A program made the position numbers and the translations under genes. The notes under the pieces are model-generated. The model was not told the DNA's origin and made no database searches. It was given only the letters and a program-made list of their open reading frames with translations. This document shows positions 12,401 through 27,600 of a stretch of 64,000 bases of DNA, in pieces. Source of the stretch: Octopus vulgaris (Eukaryota); NCBI GenBank assembly GCA_951406725.2, contig OX597817.1:72788001-72852000 (forward strand), read 5' to 3'. Position 1 is the first letter of the stretch. Each line of letters begins with the position of its first letter.

Positions 12401-15400
12401 TATACAAAGATGTGATGCTTGTAATGTTTGATAACAAGAATCATGATTTTTGAAACCCTAACCCTAACACTGAGACTTTATGACAAATCTGAAATTCCTT
12501 GCCCTATTATAAACAATAAATATAAGCAATGTATTCAAATTCTTCAAACACCAGCTCAACTAGCATTCTTATTATTTTAACCACATTTTATTTTTACAAA
12601 TTAGCCAAAGGAAAAAGAAACTGCCACTCAGAGGAATTTTTTCGCAAGAAATAGCACATCATAATATTCTATTATCTCCAGGTTAATATTTTGAGTGAGT
12701 TGACCCCACTAAAGGCACCTAAGGGATAAGTTATAGTGTTAAACCAAACAATGGATCACATCTACTACTTAAGAACAGGTAGAGTCCATCCAACAGGCCT
12801 GTCAACCCAATGTTACTCAAAAGTGTGACCCAAAGCTATAGAAGACAGTTATTTAGGGTGCAGTGTAACATGTGATTGTGAAATGAACTTCTTAATCAGA
12901 AGGCCAAATCTCTTTCTTCTAAGGGACATTTATTTTGGACTTTTACTATTATAAACTTCAAGAACCTTCTCTGTTTCCCCATAACCATTTTTTTGACACC
13001 ATGCTACCTTTACTTTCATCCTGCTTCTCCTTGTCTTTCTTCTTGCATGTATTTCACACTAAAGTTTATCAACTTCAGCTTGTCTCGTAAGACCAGTCTT
13101 CTGGGATACCCAATAATCTACTGAGAATTACAGTTACATTTTGCTTGTAGGAAACTGCTGGTGACATTTGTAGTATATACCTTATATGAATCAGTCATTC
13201 ATTTTAATGATACTTTTGTCCCAGTTATAAATCACACAAACTGTTTGGAGTAGTTCACTGGTCAAACATTTAGCTCATATCATGAGACTTTTGTTATAAA
13301 CTTTATCATATAAACGCAAGCGTGACTGTGTCGTAAGAAGTTTACTTCACAACCACACGGTTCCAGTACACTCCTATTGCATGTCACCTTGAACAAGTGT
13401 CTTTTACTAAAGCTTCGAGTCAACCAAAGCCTTGTGAGTAGATTTGATAGACAGAAACTGAAAGAAACCTGTCACGTGTGTGTGTATGTGTGCACACATG
13501 CATGCGTGTGTCTGTGTCCCCCACCACCACTGAACAACTGGTGTTGGTGTGTTTACATCGCCATAACATAGTGGTTTGGCAAAAAGGACTGATAGAATAG
13601 GTATCAAGATAAAAAAAAAAAAAAACTGGGGTCGATTCATTCATCTAAAATTCTTCAAGACAGTATCCCACCATGGCCTCAGTCTAATGACAGAAACAAG
13701 TAAAACGTAAAAGGTAGAATGGTATATTAATTTTGTTTGCTAATTGTTTGGATAATCTAAACCAATCAAAGTGTTTCCACTCACTAGAATACATACGTAA
13801 GATCCTACCATATTTGTATTTAGTATGCAGCATGCTCTCATAAAGTATTTCCCTCATACATTGATATTCATAATCTGCATCATTTCATATAAAAATAAAT
13901 CACTCTCAAATTTGCTAATGGAGTAGAAAAATGCTTTACTGAAGAGGTTTCAATGATACTGAAATATGTCTTACTTTCACCAGATCCACCCCCTTACCAT
14001 ATTGTTTGTTCAATTTTTTTTCTTTCTCAATTTGTTGGAGCTATCTCCTGTGGCTGTTTTTAAAGACCTAGAGGGAAAGGTTTTATCCATTAATTACTTA
14101 GATAATCTATGTTAATTGATACTTTCTGCTCCCTATATTACATATGTGAGAACCTAGCATATTTGTATCTACTGTTGAATTTTAAGAATAGTCTGAAATA
14201 GTTTGCAAATATTAGGCCTGGATTTTCTTTTAACCTTAAGAATTTTGTTCAGAAAACATGAAATTAAGTTAATGATACCCAGACAAAACTACTCCGGTAT
14301 TCTGTACTTTAGTCCTAGATTTCTTTGTATATACTAAATTACTTCCCCTTCCTATTAATCCAGCTGATTACTGACTTATACTCTGTTGGTGGTCCAATTT
14401 TAAATTAGATTTTTAATAAAATTATGTAATAAGAGTAGAAATGAATAAATAATTTTTTTTTTAAATGAAGAAAGAAACTAAAATAATTACTTATTCCAAG
14501 TAAAAGTGTATACATTTATTCACTGATGAAAACAATCCTTCATCAGAGAAAGTTTATACATAAAATATTTTTCAATATAGAACAATCCCCCACGGATAAT
14601 TATTAATGCTTTTAAATATTATGCTTTTATGAAATTAAATGAATTAAAATGCCAATTAATACTACAACCTTACAGCATTAACAACTGTTAAACAGTAAAT
14701 TAAAAATGCATGCTGGATGAAGAGAATTCCAAGGAAAACACAGATTATGATAAGATTTCAACTCAAGATCTGGATCCATATAAACCAGTAAAGTAACTGT
14801 TCAGTAACAGCCATTCAAATGATAATACATATTTAGTTTGTAAGATTCCTACATATGGTTTCGGCTTAGTTCTATACCTATTTCTTTACTACCCACAAGG
14901 GGCTAAACACAGAAAGGACAAACAAGGACAGACAAACGGATTAAGTCGATTATATCGACCCCAGTGCGTAACTGGTACTTAATTTATCGACCCCGAAAGG
15001 ATGATGGGCGAAGTTGAACTTGGCGGAATTTGAACCCAGAACGTAGCGGCAGACAAAATACCGCTAAGCATTTCGCCCGGCGTGCTAATGATTCTGCCAG
15101 CTCGCCGCCTTAGTTCTATACCATAAGATAAATAAATGGTAACCCCTTTAAAGATCATCATCATCATCATCATTAACATTTAATGTGTTTTCCATGCTAG
15201 CATGGGTTGAACAGCTTGACAAGAACTGGTAAGGTCAGGGGCCACACCCACCAGGTTTCATAGCCTGTTTTGGCTTGGTTTCTATGACTGGATGCCCTTC
15301 CTAATACCAATCACATTACAGAGTGTACTGGGTGCTTTTTATGTGACACCTTGGTTTAAGGATCTCAATTCTGTTGATTCTGTTGTAGTGAAGACAACTT

Positions 15401-18400
15401 TGATGTGATCATCCTGTCTACTAAATCTATGGACACTAAATAAATAACCAGAGATAAAACAAAAACTATATTAACTATAGTATTTACCATTGAGATTTAA
15501 TATGTTACAACCCTTTTGATATCAATCTGCTTAAGATTGCCTCTGGTTCTGTGATACAAATTATCTGTTCTAAAGTGATCCAAATCAGAACTTTATATAA
15601 AATTTCATGCTAACTGATGTTCCAGTCATCAAAATTAACTAAAACCAAAGCAGAGTATTTTAACAAAAAATATTGGAAGAAAAGAGTTAAATACAGTCAA
15701 GGAGTTATATTATAACCACTATCATGCATTTCCACAACCATACAAAAGTGTAGGGAGATCTCAGTCATGCTGACAGAGAAGCAGGACTTCAGGAGAAACA
15801 GATTCACAGGAATATATTTGTTTGTGAATAATATGCATACACGTACAATGTGCACAACTATCTTTGAGCAGTGAAATGTCAGACAAAAACATGCCTCAAG
15901 CATAAAACCACATTCACTCTGAAAGAAGGTGGGTGGGATGAGGGGAACTAAGAATTAAACTAGCACAATGAGCAATCTAAAAAGGATAACTTGCTTTTCT
16001 TGGATTATCAAAACAAATAAATATAACAAGCCATCACACATGAGCAAGTATGGCTTGGAGTCATGTAAATGTATTTTCACTAATTATTGGGTTGTCCGGA
16101 AAGTTCGTGCCGATTTATAGTAGCTTACCTTTCGACTTATTTTAGAACATGGTTGAGCCCATAAAATAGGATTTGACTACACCTCCATTTAGAGTACAGT
16201 TCAAGCTATCTTTTCATGGAAGAAGGTTTATGTTCCTATAAACTGTGTTAATTTTGCAACCCTTTAAAATGGAAGATAAGAAAGTTCATTTTCGGCACTT
16301 GATGCTTTGGGAACCAGACAAAAATTGCTGCAGCTTGGCTGGGATGTGTTACCTCACCTTCCATGTTCACCAGATATTGCTCCTTTGGATTTCCACTTAT
16401 TCAGGTCTCTGCAGAATAGTCTTGATGGTAAAAATTTCAATTCCTTGGATGACGTAAAAAGATACCTTGATGAATTCTTTGCCATGAAACCCCCTCAATT
16501 CTGGGAAGAGTGTATTTTCAAGTTAAAGGAAAAATGGAGACGCATTGTGCAACAAAATAGTTCATATATGGTTGATTAAAAATGTAATGGCAAGTATTTA
16601 TTGACCATTTTCTTTTCTTTAAAAATCGGTACGAACTTTCCAGACAACCCAAAATTTAGGTACTTATGTAGTAACAAGCGCATACATGTCTATCAGTCTC
16701 CACCCCACCTCCTTTATATTTAATATGAAATGTCTTACTTTCAATGTGCTAGCTAGCTTAATAAATAGTATGTTTTTAGTAACAGTGTTGAGCAAACTAA
16801 AACAGTAAATAACCTTATCCATAGAAATAACTAGTTTCAAATAATTTACTTGACTCTTCTTTCCTTTTTTTCTTCTTGTTTTTGAAAACTAGCCTTTAGA
16901 TATATTTGTTTGAGACAACCTCACTAATGCTGGTGCTCTGATAAAATGCACTCTGTACACATTGTAAAGTGGTTGGCAAATTAGTCTTTTCTTGCTGAGG
17001 ACTATTCAACTAATTTAGAGTTGGTGCCATGAGAAAATGTACTCGGTACACTCTATGAAGTGGTTGGTGATAGGAAGAGCATCAAGCCATAGAAACCAAG
17101 CCAAAGTACCAAGTAATAAGCACATATCTATAGGAGTGGTGGTCACCACTAAAAAAATTAAATATTTTTTAATAGACTGTTTCTATATTGATTTCAGATT
17201 TTGACACAAGGCCAGCAACTTCAGGGATGTGGGGAGTGTGGGGAAGTCAATTATATTGATCCCGATGTTCAACAGGTACTTATTTTTATCAATCCCGAAA
17301 AGGCAGAATTGATCCCCGCTGAATTTGAACCCAGAATGTAAAGACAGACAGAATACTGCTAAGCAGTTTGCCCAGTGTGGTAACAATTCTGCCAGCACAC
17401 CGCCTTAAATTGTCTGTATATTAAATGATTTTTAACATCTTCAGCAATGTCTACTGCATCTGTATTAAATAGACACTGATTGGATAGTCATGACTGGAAC
17501 GTCTTTGTGTTACTATCTATTGTATCAGGTTATTTAAACTCCAATAAATTTTTTTAAAGCATGTTTTGTAGCAGGATATATAAAAAAATAAACTAACTGA
17601 AATAAGTAGCAGTATATAATCAGCAACTAAGTATATTTTGTTGTTTTGGTGGTTTGGTTTCAGTCATATATTTTACTTCAGAATCAATTGATAGTGAACA
17701 AAGTTGAGTGAGGTGCACTTAAGGGTAGACTTATGAAATATAATGAATGTTTTAATGTATTATAACAATCATAAAGGCTTATTGAAACACAAAAATTTAA
17801 GAAGTGCATATCCTTGTAGCATTCTATATATACACACAAACTATTACACAAATACTAAGTACATTTCATTGTTTTGCTGCTTCAGTTTAACATTATATTT
17901 TTCATTCATTTCAATATTTTAAGGTGATGGAAAATTGGGTAATATATAGTTCTCAAACAATTTTTAAACTTAAAAATCTTGAACAAAAAAACAAAACAAA
18001 AAACAAAGTGCAAATTTTACAATAATTAATAGTAGGATAATCCATGAAATTTTGAACCACTAAGAGGTTCTTCAGTATAGTAGCTAGTTTCTCTTAGGTG
18101 TGTGTCTAAACGGTAATGGAGGTATATGTAAAAAGTATAAAAGCTAGAGCAAGAAAAAGTAAGTGTTTAGCTGTAGGTCAGTGTTGATCAAGCAGCAAGT
18201 TTTTCATACAAAATGTTTGGATTATGATCATCCTTTTCTTTCTTTTATTTTTCTACACCTTGTGCCTAAGACTACATTTTCCACAATGTACTTTTCTTAC
18301 AACAGTAGAGTATAATCTAAGTGTGATTTGGCTGCTACTTTTTTTTCTTTTATAGTTTTCTAGTAGATTGAATGACTGGCTTGACAGTAAAAACACTGCA

Positions 18401-19477
18401 GCTGGGTAGCCTTTCCTAAATGAAAGACATTGCTTCACAGTTAAATATTGACCTACAAGCTGAAAGATTAATGGTTAATATTTAGTCACCATTTCTGTAA
18501 CATTTCCATGGTCTAGATATTTAATTTACCTTTTGATGACTCAGTCAGTTTAATACTACACAGGTATGTAAATGAGATTTATATTATCACAGTAATTCTG
18601 ATTGAGCAGGTTTATGATAAAATGCAATCCAACTGTGACCTCCCATTTTTTGTTCAGACAGTGGGTCTAGGCCACATATTATCCTATAGCCTTCCCTTCT
18701 TTAAAATAACAGAGTACAACTGAAAAAAAGACTTGGTTGCTATTCATAACAGGTCAAACGACCATCTATATATAGGAGAGTCTAATAAAATAGCATATTT
18801 GGCATGGAACTATATTCCACATAGAATGCAATTTGTTCTACTAAACTTGGTTGAGGTACAATCCTCATGGTCAAGTTCCTCCAATAAATTTCAGATCTCA
18901 AGATAATTCAAATCAAAGCCATTCTGCCACTTCAACTCATTGCAACATTTATCTTCTGTTGAGACAACCACAACAACAACCAGTTACAAGTTCCTTCATT
19001 GGTGTTTCTTAAGTTAAGTGTATTCACTTTAAATCTTCCTCTAAGTATTATCATACTAGTTTAACTCATATGGAAACATACAGCTTCTCCTAAACAGTAA
19101 GTCAACTTAACTTCTAGGTGTGCTTTTCTTACAACAGATGCTATGAGCTGCCTTGTTGAGGGAGATCCGATAAAGAAGTGTTCAATACCTTACAACTGCT
19201 CCTGCATGGCATAACAAACAGATAACGCATTTTAACTAAAGGTTAAAGATGAGGTAGGTAACTCTGAAAGAAACCTCTAGAGGAGAAATGACTCCATAAC
19301 AGTGGCAATCCCCATTCATAGATTAAAATGATCCAACACTGCAGAAATAACAAACATGCTAAAAGAACAGAATTATCCATTCTGGAAAAGAGAAATGGAA
19401 GAAAGCCATTGCCTGATGTCCCATTGGGGATGGGCAGACTTAAATCTGTTCCACTAAAGAAAAAATAAATACAGGTT

Positions 19478-19523
<46 letters not shown>

Positions 19524-22500
19524 GTTGTATAATCTGGAGAGGGATAGACTATATTAGATTGTTTTACACATCATACACCATAGGAAGACATCTTAAGTGA
19601 TGCTCTAATAACTTGAATTGTGGGATTCATCAAAAATATTTTCAATGAATGAAGTGGAAATTAGTTTTTCAACAGAATGCAAACAAATCTTTCAAGGGTG
19701 AAAATTAGAAACAAGAAGTATAATTACAGAAAAAATTCAAAACTTGAAGTAAAAAGTTTCCACAAGAGTTTAACTTACCTGTAATGTCAGACAAAGATGG
19801 TTGACTGTCCATGAAGTAATAACACAACATTGATAGTAGAGGTTCTACATTTAAGGCACATGTCAAACTTACACCAACAATATGCAAAGTGACCTGGCAA
19901 TGGAAATCATAAATATCATTGATTAGACTAGGCAACTGAGGTAGTCTCAGAATCAGTAGATGTGTAGATAAAAATCTTTGTGTAAAAAGTTAAATTTTGT
20001 CTTTCATCCTTCTGAAGTCAATAAATTAAATATCAGTGCAGTGTGAAAGGAGGTTGAAATATTTGACAGTACCACCTGCAAATTTGTGGATATGTTTACC
20101 CTATCAGAAATGAATAAGTGACGGAAAGTTTTATAAATTCTGTAGACACTGGATAAGACGACTTGTGCAGAATGTTTTAAAAGGAAATGAGAAACAACTG
20201 TTTAATATGCTTGTCAGTTTTTAGATGTAATGCAGTTATCTAGAGGATAAGAACATTATTACCTTTAGTTTGAAAACAACGGATTTTAATTAATTAGGCT
20301 CCAATCTGAAATTATGTAAACCAATGAGAAAACATCTACATGGTTGTTGGAATTGTGATAAAAAAACAGCCAAATATCCTTCAAATTTCACCATTACTGC
20401 TTTAAAATTAATCAAAGAGTTGATGTCTAAATTTCAATGTGGGAACTATTTTCTTACTAAGAAAATAGCTCCTTCTTTGTTATTCATATACTGGTTTACA
20501 GCTAGTTGACTGTAGCCATGCTTGAGCAAATTTTATCAAGCAAAGTCCAAAGAGGTAACACGTAAGAAAAAACAAAGTAAAGAAAAAACAGAAACAACAG
20601 TATCAGGGCATCAGAGATGTAACTGAAAAGAATGTTACCTGTTTAGCAGACAGCTTTAGTTTGGAGTCCATCACAAACGTTTTCAGCATTTGTAATATCA
20701 TGAGGAACAAATAAAACACTTTTGCCATGTTGTTGATTTTGGTATAAGGAAGCATTGAAAGTAAGAGGCTGGTTACTTTGGTTAGATGGACTGATGTACA
20801 AATCAGGGATACATAGGGTTGTAATTTCTCTACTACTGTCAATCTAAATGGAAAAGACAGAAATAAATACAAATATGGGTGTATCATTGGCAGCAGTGGC
20901 AGTGTCTTAACTTCCACTTTCTTATACTTTCATGGGTTGGACGGAATTTGTCAAAGCAGATATTTTACAGCTGGATGTCCTTCCTGTCACCAACCCTCAC
21001 CTGTTTCCAAGTAAGGTAATATTTCTCCCATGACCATGTTTTCAAAGAAGACTGAAAACAAAAGATACTGCTTGCATGACAGTGACACTCACTCACAACT
21101 ATCATGCAATGTCATATGTAACACACACACACACATATACATACATATATATATATATATATGTACAGGATGGGCTTCTTTCAGTTTCCATCAATCAAAT
21201 CCACTCACAAAGCTTTGGTCAGCTCTAGGCTATACTAGTAGACACTTGTCCAAGGACCCACACAGTCGAGCTGAACCCAAAACCATGCATGCAGTTGGGA
21301 AGCAATGTCAAATTGGTGCAGTCATTAGAGTGTCAGATAGAATGCTTAATGGAATTTACTCTGAGTTTCTGCACTCAGACTTCAAACCCCACTGAGAGCA
21401 GCTTTTCTTTCCAACCTTTTAGGGTAAAAAAAAAAAAATTAAATTGCCAAGGATAGTGGACTGGCAGAACTCTTTCAGCATCAGATGGGATGCCTTGCAG
21501 TACCTGTTGCAGATTTATGTATTCTGAGTTCAAAACTTGCCTCATCACTAAAGTATTAATGACACTTCAGCCACAAAATGCAACTGACAAACAATCAGTA
21601 ATTTGAAAAACCAATGAAAATATAATTTCCTTGGTTTAATTGGAAGATTAACTGTGATTATAAATATGTGTGTATTTCTACATTTACATTTAAGACCACT
21701 GTCAGAGAGGGTTGACTGTATATATGCACAGAAGTTCCTCTCTGGAGTAGAGGACAGGTTTTGTTTTTTTTTGTTTTGTTTTTTATAGCACAGGAGAAGT
21801 TCCTCTCTGGAGTAGAGGACAAGTTTTATTTTGTTTTGCTTTTTATAGAAAACCAGCAATTACCCATGTACTAAGTCTCTTCTTTCCATACCATCAACAT
21901 TGTTATAAAGAATAACAAGAGTTGATACAGCTTGTCAGAAGTGTTGTCACTGGTGTACTCTGAATGTAAAGGACCTTAAACAAATGCAATGCATTTTTTT
22001 CTATCACTTCAACAATTTTGCTAATAGACTGGCGCTTTGTTTTCTTAAACTTGTTATGTGCAATCAAAGCGGAATCAAATTATAATAGCCATCTATGTAT
22101 CACATTTAATGTAAATACATCATCGAAAGGCAATATACTATGAGATAACATCTTTTATTGACTTGCTGTGTTTAAAAGCACCATATATATTACAAACAAA
22201 CAAAAATCCTTTCAGCATTTCAGCAGTAGTTTGTGAGAAAGCTAGATTCATTTCAGCCTAACTGGGCCCTATCCATGGCAAGTACAGTCAGCCACATGCT
22301 TAAATTAGATATGTTGCTTCCAAGCACAAAGTGGGACAAGGAGAGGGTTACAGAAAGAAGTAAAAGAAAAAAAAATTTACAGGGAATGAGAGAAGAGGTG
22401 ATAAATTTAAAGGACAACAAAAAAAAGACTTTAGTGTAAATGACCGGTGAAGTTTACCTGTATAATAAATATAGTGCAATCAATCCTGAAAACAGTACGA

Positions 22501-24652
22501 TGGACGAAGAATAAAACTTGGCATGGAACAACAGTATCTCAGATGATGTAAAAACTGAAAAGAAATAATTAATCAAATGGTCAGTCTGATAATCCGTGCA
22601 TGTGTGTGAGAGAGAGTTTGTGAACAAATGATAGAAAGTAGCCTTCAAAATATTTTAGTTGGAGTTGTATGCATTTAATAACAGATTGACTCAGATTCAC
22701 ATTACTTAAAGTGTCATGAGTGCAGAACATGTCCACATCTGATGATGTAGACATATTCTGTGCCCACAAAATACTAAGTAATGAATAAAGTCGATCTGAG
22801 TTGGCTAATCATTAAATATATATATACATACATACATATGTATATATATCATCATTTAACACCTGCTTTCCATGCTAGCATGGGTTATTTATTAATTGGC
22901 AGAAGTTCAAAAATTACGAAGTAACTTACGGGCTGAGATTATTGTGCATTGATACTTACCAATGTTTAATAATTGCCAATGCTCCAAAATCACACTGTAA
23001 CTTTATATATATATTAGACATAAACATCAATTTGTAGCAGAAAAGATTAACAGGTTTGAACCATGTATCTGTAGCTTTTCAGGTAATAGTAACATTACCA
23101 TAATTAAGCTACTGAGCCCTCTGTAATGTAAGTTAGTAAGATGATCATTTGGCAAGAGATAGAGTTGTGATTTGAGTCACATCAGTAGGTCTATACTCTT
23201 TTATGCCATAAACTAGTGCTTATAATATCTTAATAGTATTTAAATTAAAAATCTTAAGATTTTAACTCTTTCATAACTACTTATCATAACTGCTGTTTAT
23301 GTGTTTCAATAAATTTTAAGAATATGAGAGAATTTGAACAGACTGAGTAATATAAAATAATATATTAATAAAAATAATATATTATTTCCTTTAGGCAATG
23401 AATTGACGGAGTTGCTAGAGCATCAAATAGAATGCCTTGTAGTATTTGTTTTTGGTCTCTTTGGTATGATTTCAAATTCCTTTGACATCTACATGCTTAT
23501 CATCTCTTTTGGAATCAATCAATAAAGTACCAGCTCAAAGTAGTAGACTGGTAGAACTGGAAAAGTGTGGGATGAGATGGCTTATGGTAGGTATGCCAAC
23601 TCTTTGAATTTAAAGTTGAAATTCCACTTCCAGCAAACACTAGCTTATAATAATAATGATAACAATAATGGTTTCAAATTTTACCACAAGGGCAGCAATT
23701 TTGGAGGAGGGAATGAGTTGATTACATCGATTCCAGTATTCAACTGGTACTTATTTTATTGATCCCAAAAAGATGAAAGGCAAAGTCTTGGCCACAGTCC
23801 ATTGACTGAAACAAGTGAGAGATAACAGATGCAATGACCAGATTGTAAGCATCAAAGCCAAAACCCTTGTTATATGTTGTCTCACAATTTAAAGACATGG
23901 GATATGTAGTTAGTCAGTCCTGACTAAACTTCCATGAATAAAAGCTTCCACACTGTCTGTTATCGAACTATATATTACTAGGTAAAACTGAGAATCCAAG
24001 AAAACTAATGGAAATCTGTGTCATCAGCAACAATTAGTCAATATGAGTTTATAGATTTTGATAAATTCTGTGGTAAGAAGTGGAGAATCTGGTGCTTTGG
24101 GTTTTGTTCTTCATTTGAAAATGACAGTTCAAATGACAACACTACTTTCTATTTCTAGCCCTCCATTGTCTTACCAACAGCACCATCAACAAGAACACAA
24201 ATCCAAGAAAAAGTCACTACAGAGTTGCATGACCTGCTAGAAATTGCAGTTACTGTTGTAAAGAGGGAAGGACACACTGGATAAAATAGTAAAGTTGTAT
24301 GCTACTTGAACAAAAAGAAAAAAGATGAAAAGGTTATGGTTCAAAAGACTTTGATCATATGTCTGTTCACTTAGAGGCGACCCAAGGCTAATCATTAACA
24401 ACATCAAGAACAGAAAAGAAAGAGCAGTAATGGGAACAACAACACCTGCTTACCTGCAGTTTGTAAGACGATAAAAAAACTGAAAGAATTCTTTTCTCCA
24501 TGGGAAGCCAGGTAGGCACAGGTGAGACAGAGAAGGGCATTAATCCAGATTGTACCATAGAGCATACTAATAGGGATGTTGTCAGCAATAAATAATATAT
24601 CACTGGTAAAGGATGATAACATTTAATGAGACTGTCAACACCAATGGAAACA

Positions 24653-24698
<46 letters not shown>

Positions 24699-27600
24699 TG
24701 TACACATTTACACACACAATTTATTTAGTTCATTTTCCTGTCACCTGAACAAATACACAAAGTGAGAGAAATAAAGTGAAACATGAACTTCGCAGAAATA
24801 AATTCTACAACATACAACATACACTGAGCACTCTTTTTTCTCATTTATACATCCAAATGAGTGTGGACATGCACACACACACACACACATTATATATGAA
24901 GAAAAGCTTTCTTTTTTAAGATTAATCACATATGTATACATTTAAGCTGAGTGTGTAGTTTATATCTTGCAGCAAAGGAGCAGAGGTTTAACATTAACTT
25001 GGTCTTCCTAGTTACTACAATAAAATACATTTGCTTTTGTAATATGCAGAAAAAGTAACTATTTCCAAACTGTTTCAACAGCTTTATAGTGATAAGACCA
25101 AATTTTTTTTGTGGTTCTCAAGAACCCCACCCCACCCCACCCTCCAAAACAAAACCCTATTTTGTTGATGGTATGCACTCTTCCACCTGAGTCAATTGAT
25201 TCCAAAACTAAGCTTGAGATTGAATTCTCAAAATATTAATGCAAATGTTATTCAACAGAGTAAGTACCAGTTTGGGACAGAAAATAACAATTGTTGCTCT
25301 TTTATGTCAAATTGCTGCTTATAATTTCTAATATCATAAACACAAGCGGTAAGGCATCCCAATAACTTAGAGACTAGTACAGCAGAAATCTTGAAATCTT
25401 GCCAGTATCATGGTTATATTATGAATTTTAGTTGATATTCCCGGTGATTTCCATTAGGAAGGAAATCAAACAGCAAACATCTCTGTTCCAGGAATTTATC
25501 TTTCAGCAGAAAAACTATAGTTGATAGGCTGTGTATCTTGCAAAACTGTGATTCAATATATATATAAAAACCTGCTACATATAGTTTCAACCATTCCATA
25601 TTATCACTCCACTAACAAAATTCACACACACACACAAAGGGAGTTGGATTAGGTTAAAGGATACTTAATTGACCAGGGGACTCTGGATATCCAGAAACTG
25701 TGAAGCAGTGAAAGACCTGCAAAGCCAGCTAGGGAGAAATTCTATAAGAGAAAACAAAACAAAATATAATAATAAGAAAAACAGTGATCAATAAATAAAA
25801 TAATATTTTTAAATGTTTATGTATTTGTTTTGCAAGATTCCTGAATGTGAAATTGTGTGTTGTTACAGATATTGTTATATTTGGGAATGGTCATATTTTT
25901 TGCCAATTGCCAATTAACCACATGCACTATAGTGCACATGGTTAATTGGGAAAAAAAATATGACCATCTCCAAATATAACAATAATATTTTTACAATATT
26001 AATAATAAATATAACAGAAATGTTAATGCAAGTGTGAACAATGACAGCAACAATAATTACAATAGCAAAATCAGAAAAACTAAATGATTGAACAGACATT
26101 TAGCATTAAGTAAAATTCCATGGTCTCAGGACACATTGTGTTGTTGAGGTTCACCACTGAAGACTTTGTGTAGTCTATAAGAGAAGTCTATATATCACCA
26201 AAGAGTTTGAATGTAGCACTGTAAACTAATGAAATGTCAATGTAATTATTCTTTACTGTTCTTAATCTGATTGATCTTTTCTCCAAGAAAGGTTTTTCTC
26301 TCAACTCATCTGCTTTTCCTCTTTCAGTTCTATCGTCTCTGTCTCTCACTTAAAACTTAGACTATTATTATGGTTATCCTGAAGCCCAATGTTAGCTCCA
26401 ATGCAGCAGAGTTACAGTATACATCTAGATATATTTTCCCAATTACATCATGCCTATTCCAATGAGAGAACAATACAGTACTATCCCAATAATCACATAG
26501 CATGTCACCACAGTATCAGTGGTCAAAGCAGACCTCAATGGCCAGAACATTAACCCCATATCAGCTTTGATTTAGCAAAAGGTATTCCAGCCATTTCTAT
26601 CCCATCTGTCATTCAGGGTTAGTGCAATTAGGAACACATTCTCTTATGAAAGCAGGGTGTGATTTGAGAAAGATTTGGTTGCAAAACACATAGTGGTTAC
26701 CTTTTTGGCTCACACTTGTTTATTAACCCTTTGCCTATACAAAGCATTTTTATAAGCTTGTCCTAAATGCCCATGCTTGTTTTCAGACTTTTAGTTAACC
26801 TTTGTTTCATATGTTTTGAGTAATAGAAAACTTTCTTTTCACTCTAGTGGTTTAAAAAATTGGGAATATACTTCATATATGATGCATGGACACCAGCGAA
26901 ATATGTCCTGTGTAGCACATGTGATGCTAAAATGTAAGACGAGTTACCACTAGTGACAGAAACAAGGGTGTTCTAATCCTGTTAGGTAAGATAAGAGAGT
27001 TTCAGCTTTCTTACCATCCTGTTCCAATGTAGTTTTTATTTTCGATGACTTGGAATCAGTAAATAAAAAGGTTATGAATATTTATAAGAATTTCGCCAAG
27101 TAATGTTCAGTATGAAGAATTTACTAGCATTAAATCCTTATACAAGACTGCTGTGTTAGGCACCAAATCTTTTCATTGTAACCCCACTTTCTATCTATCT
27201 TAATGAACAATTGTATTGGCATTAACAATGAAGCCTCATTGAGGAAATAAGAATGTGTTCAGAATAATATGCATACATGAATATGAGTATATATAAAAAC
27301 ATATATCCACATGTGCACCATAAAAAACATATATATATACATACATAATCATGCATACATACATATATGTAAAATGATTATAAGTGAGTATGTGTGTGTG
27401 TGTGTATATACATGTATGCATACACACATGCATGAATGTAGGATAATTAACTGCATTCTCCTATAATGCACTGGTATAAGTAGACAGGTAGGTAGGGTGC
27501 TTACCTTGAATCGAATGCTACTGAGAAAAACTCCAAAAGCAACATGTGCTGCAATGCCAGCTGGCAGCCAAGGGAGGTAATGCGATGTAAGCCCATAGTA

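Noticed and set aside
25414-25599. ORF MEWLKLYVAG... as the missing exon
   Set aside because: No convincing phase-compatible splice sites or family-like sequence; exon 25665-25741 fills the gap.
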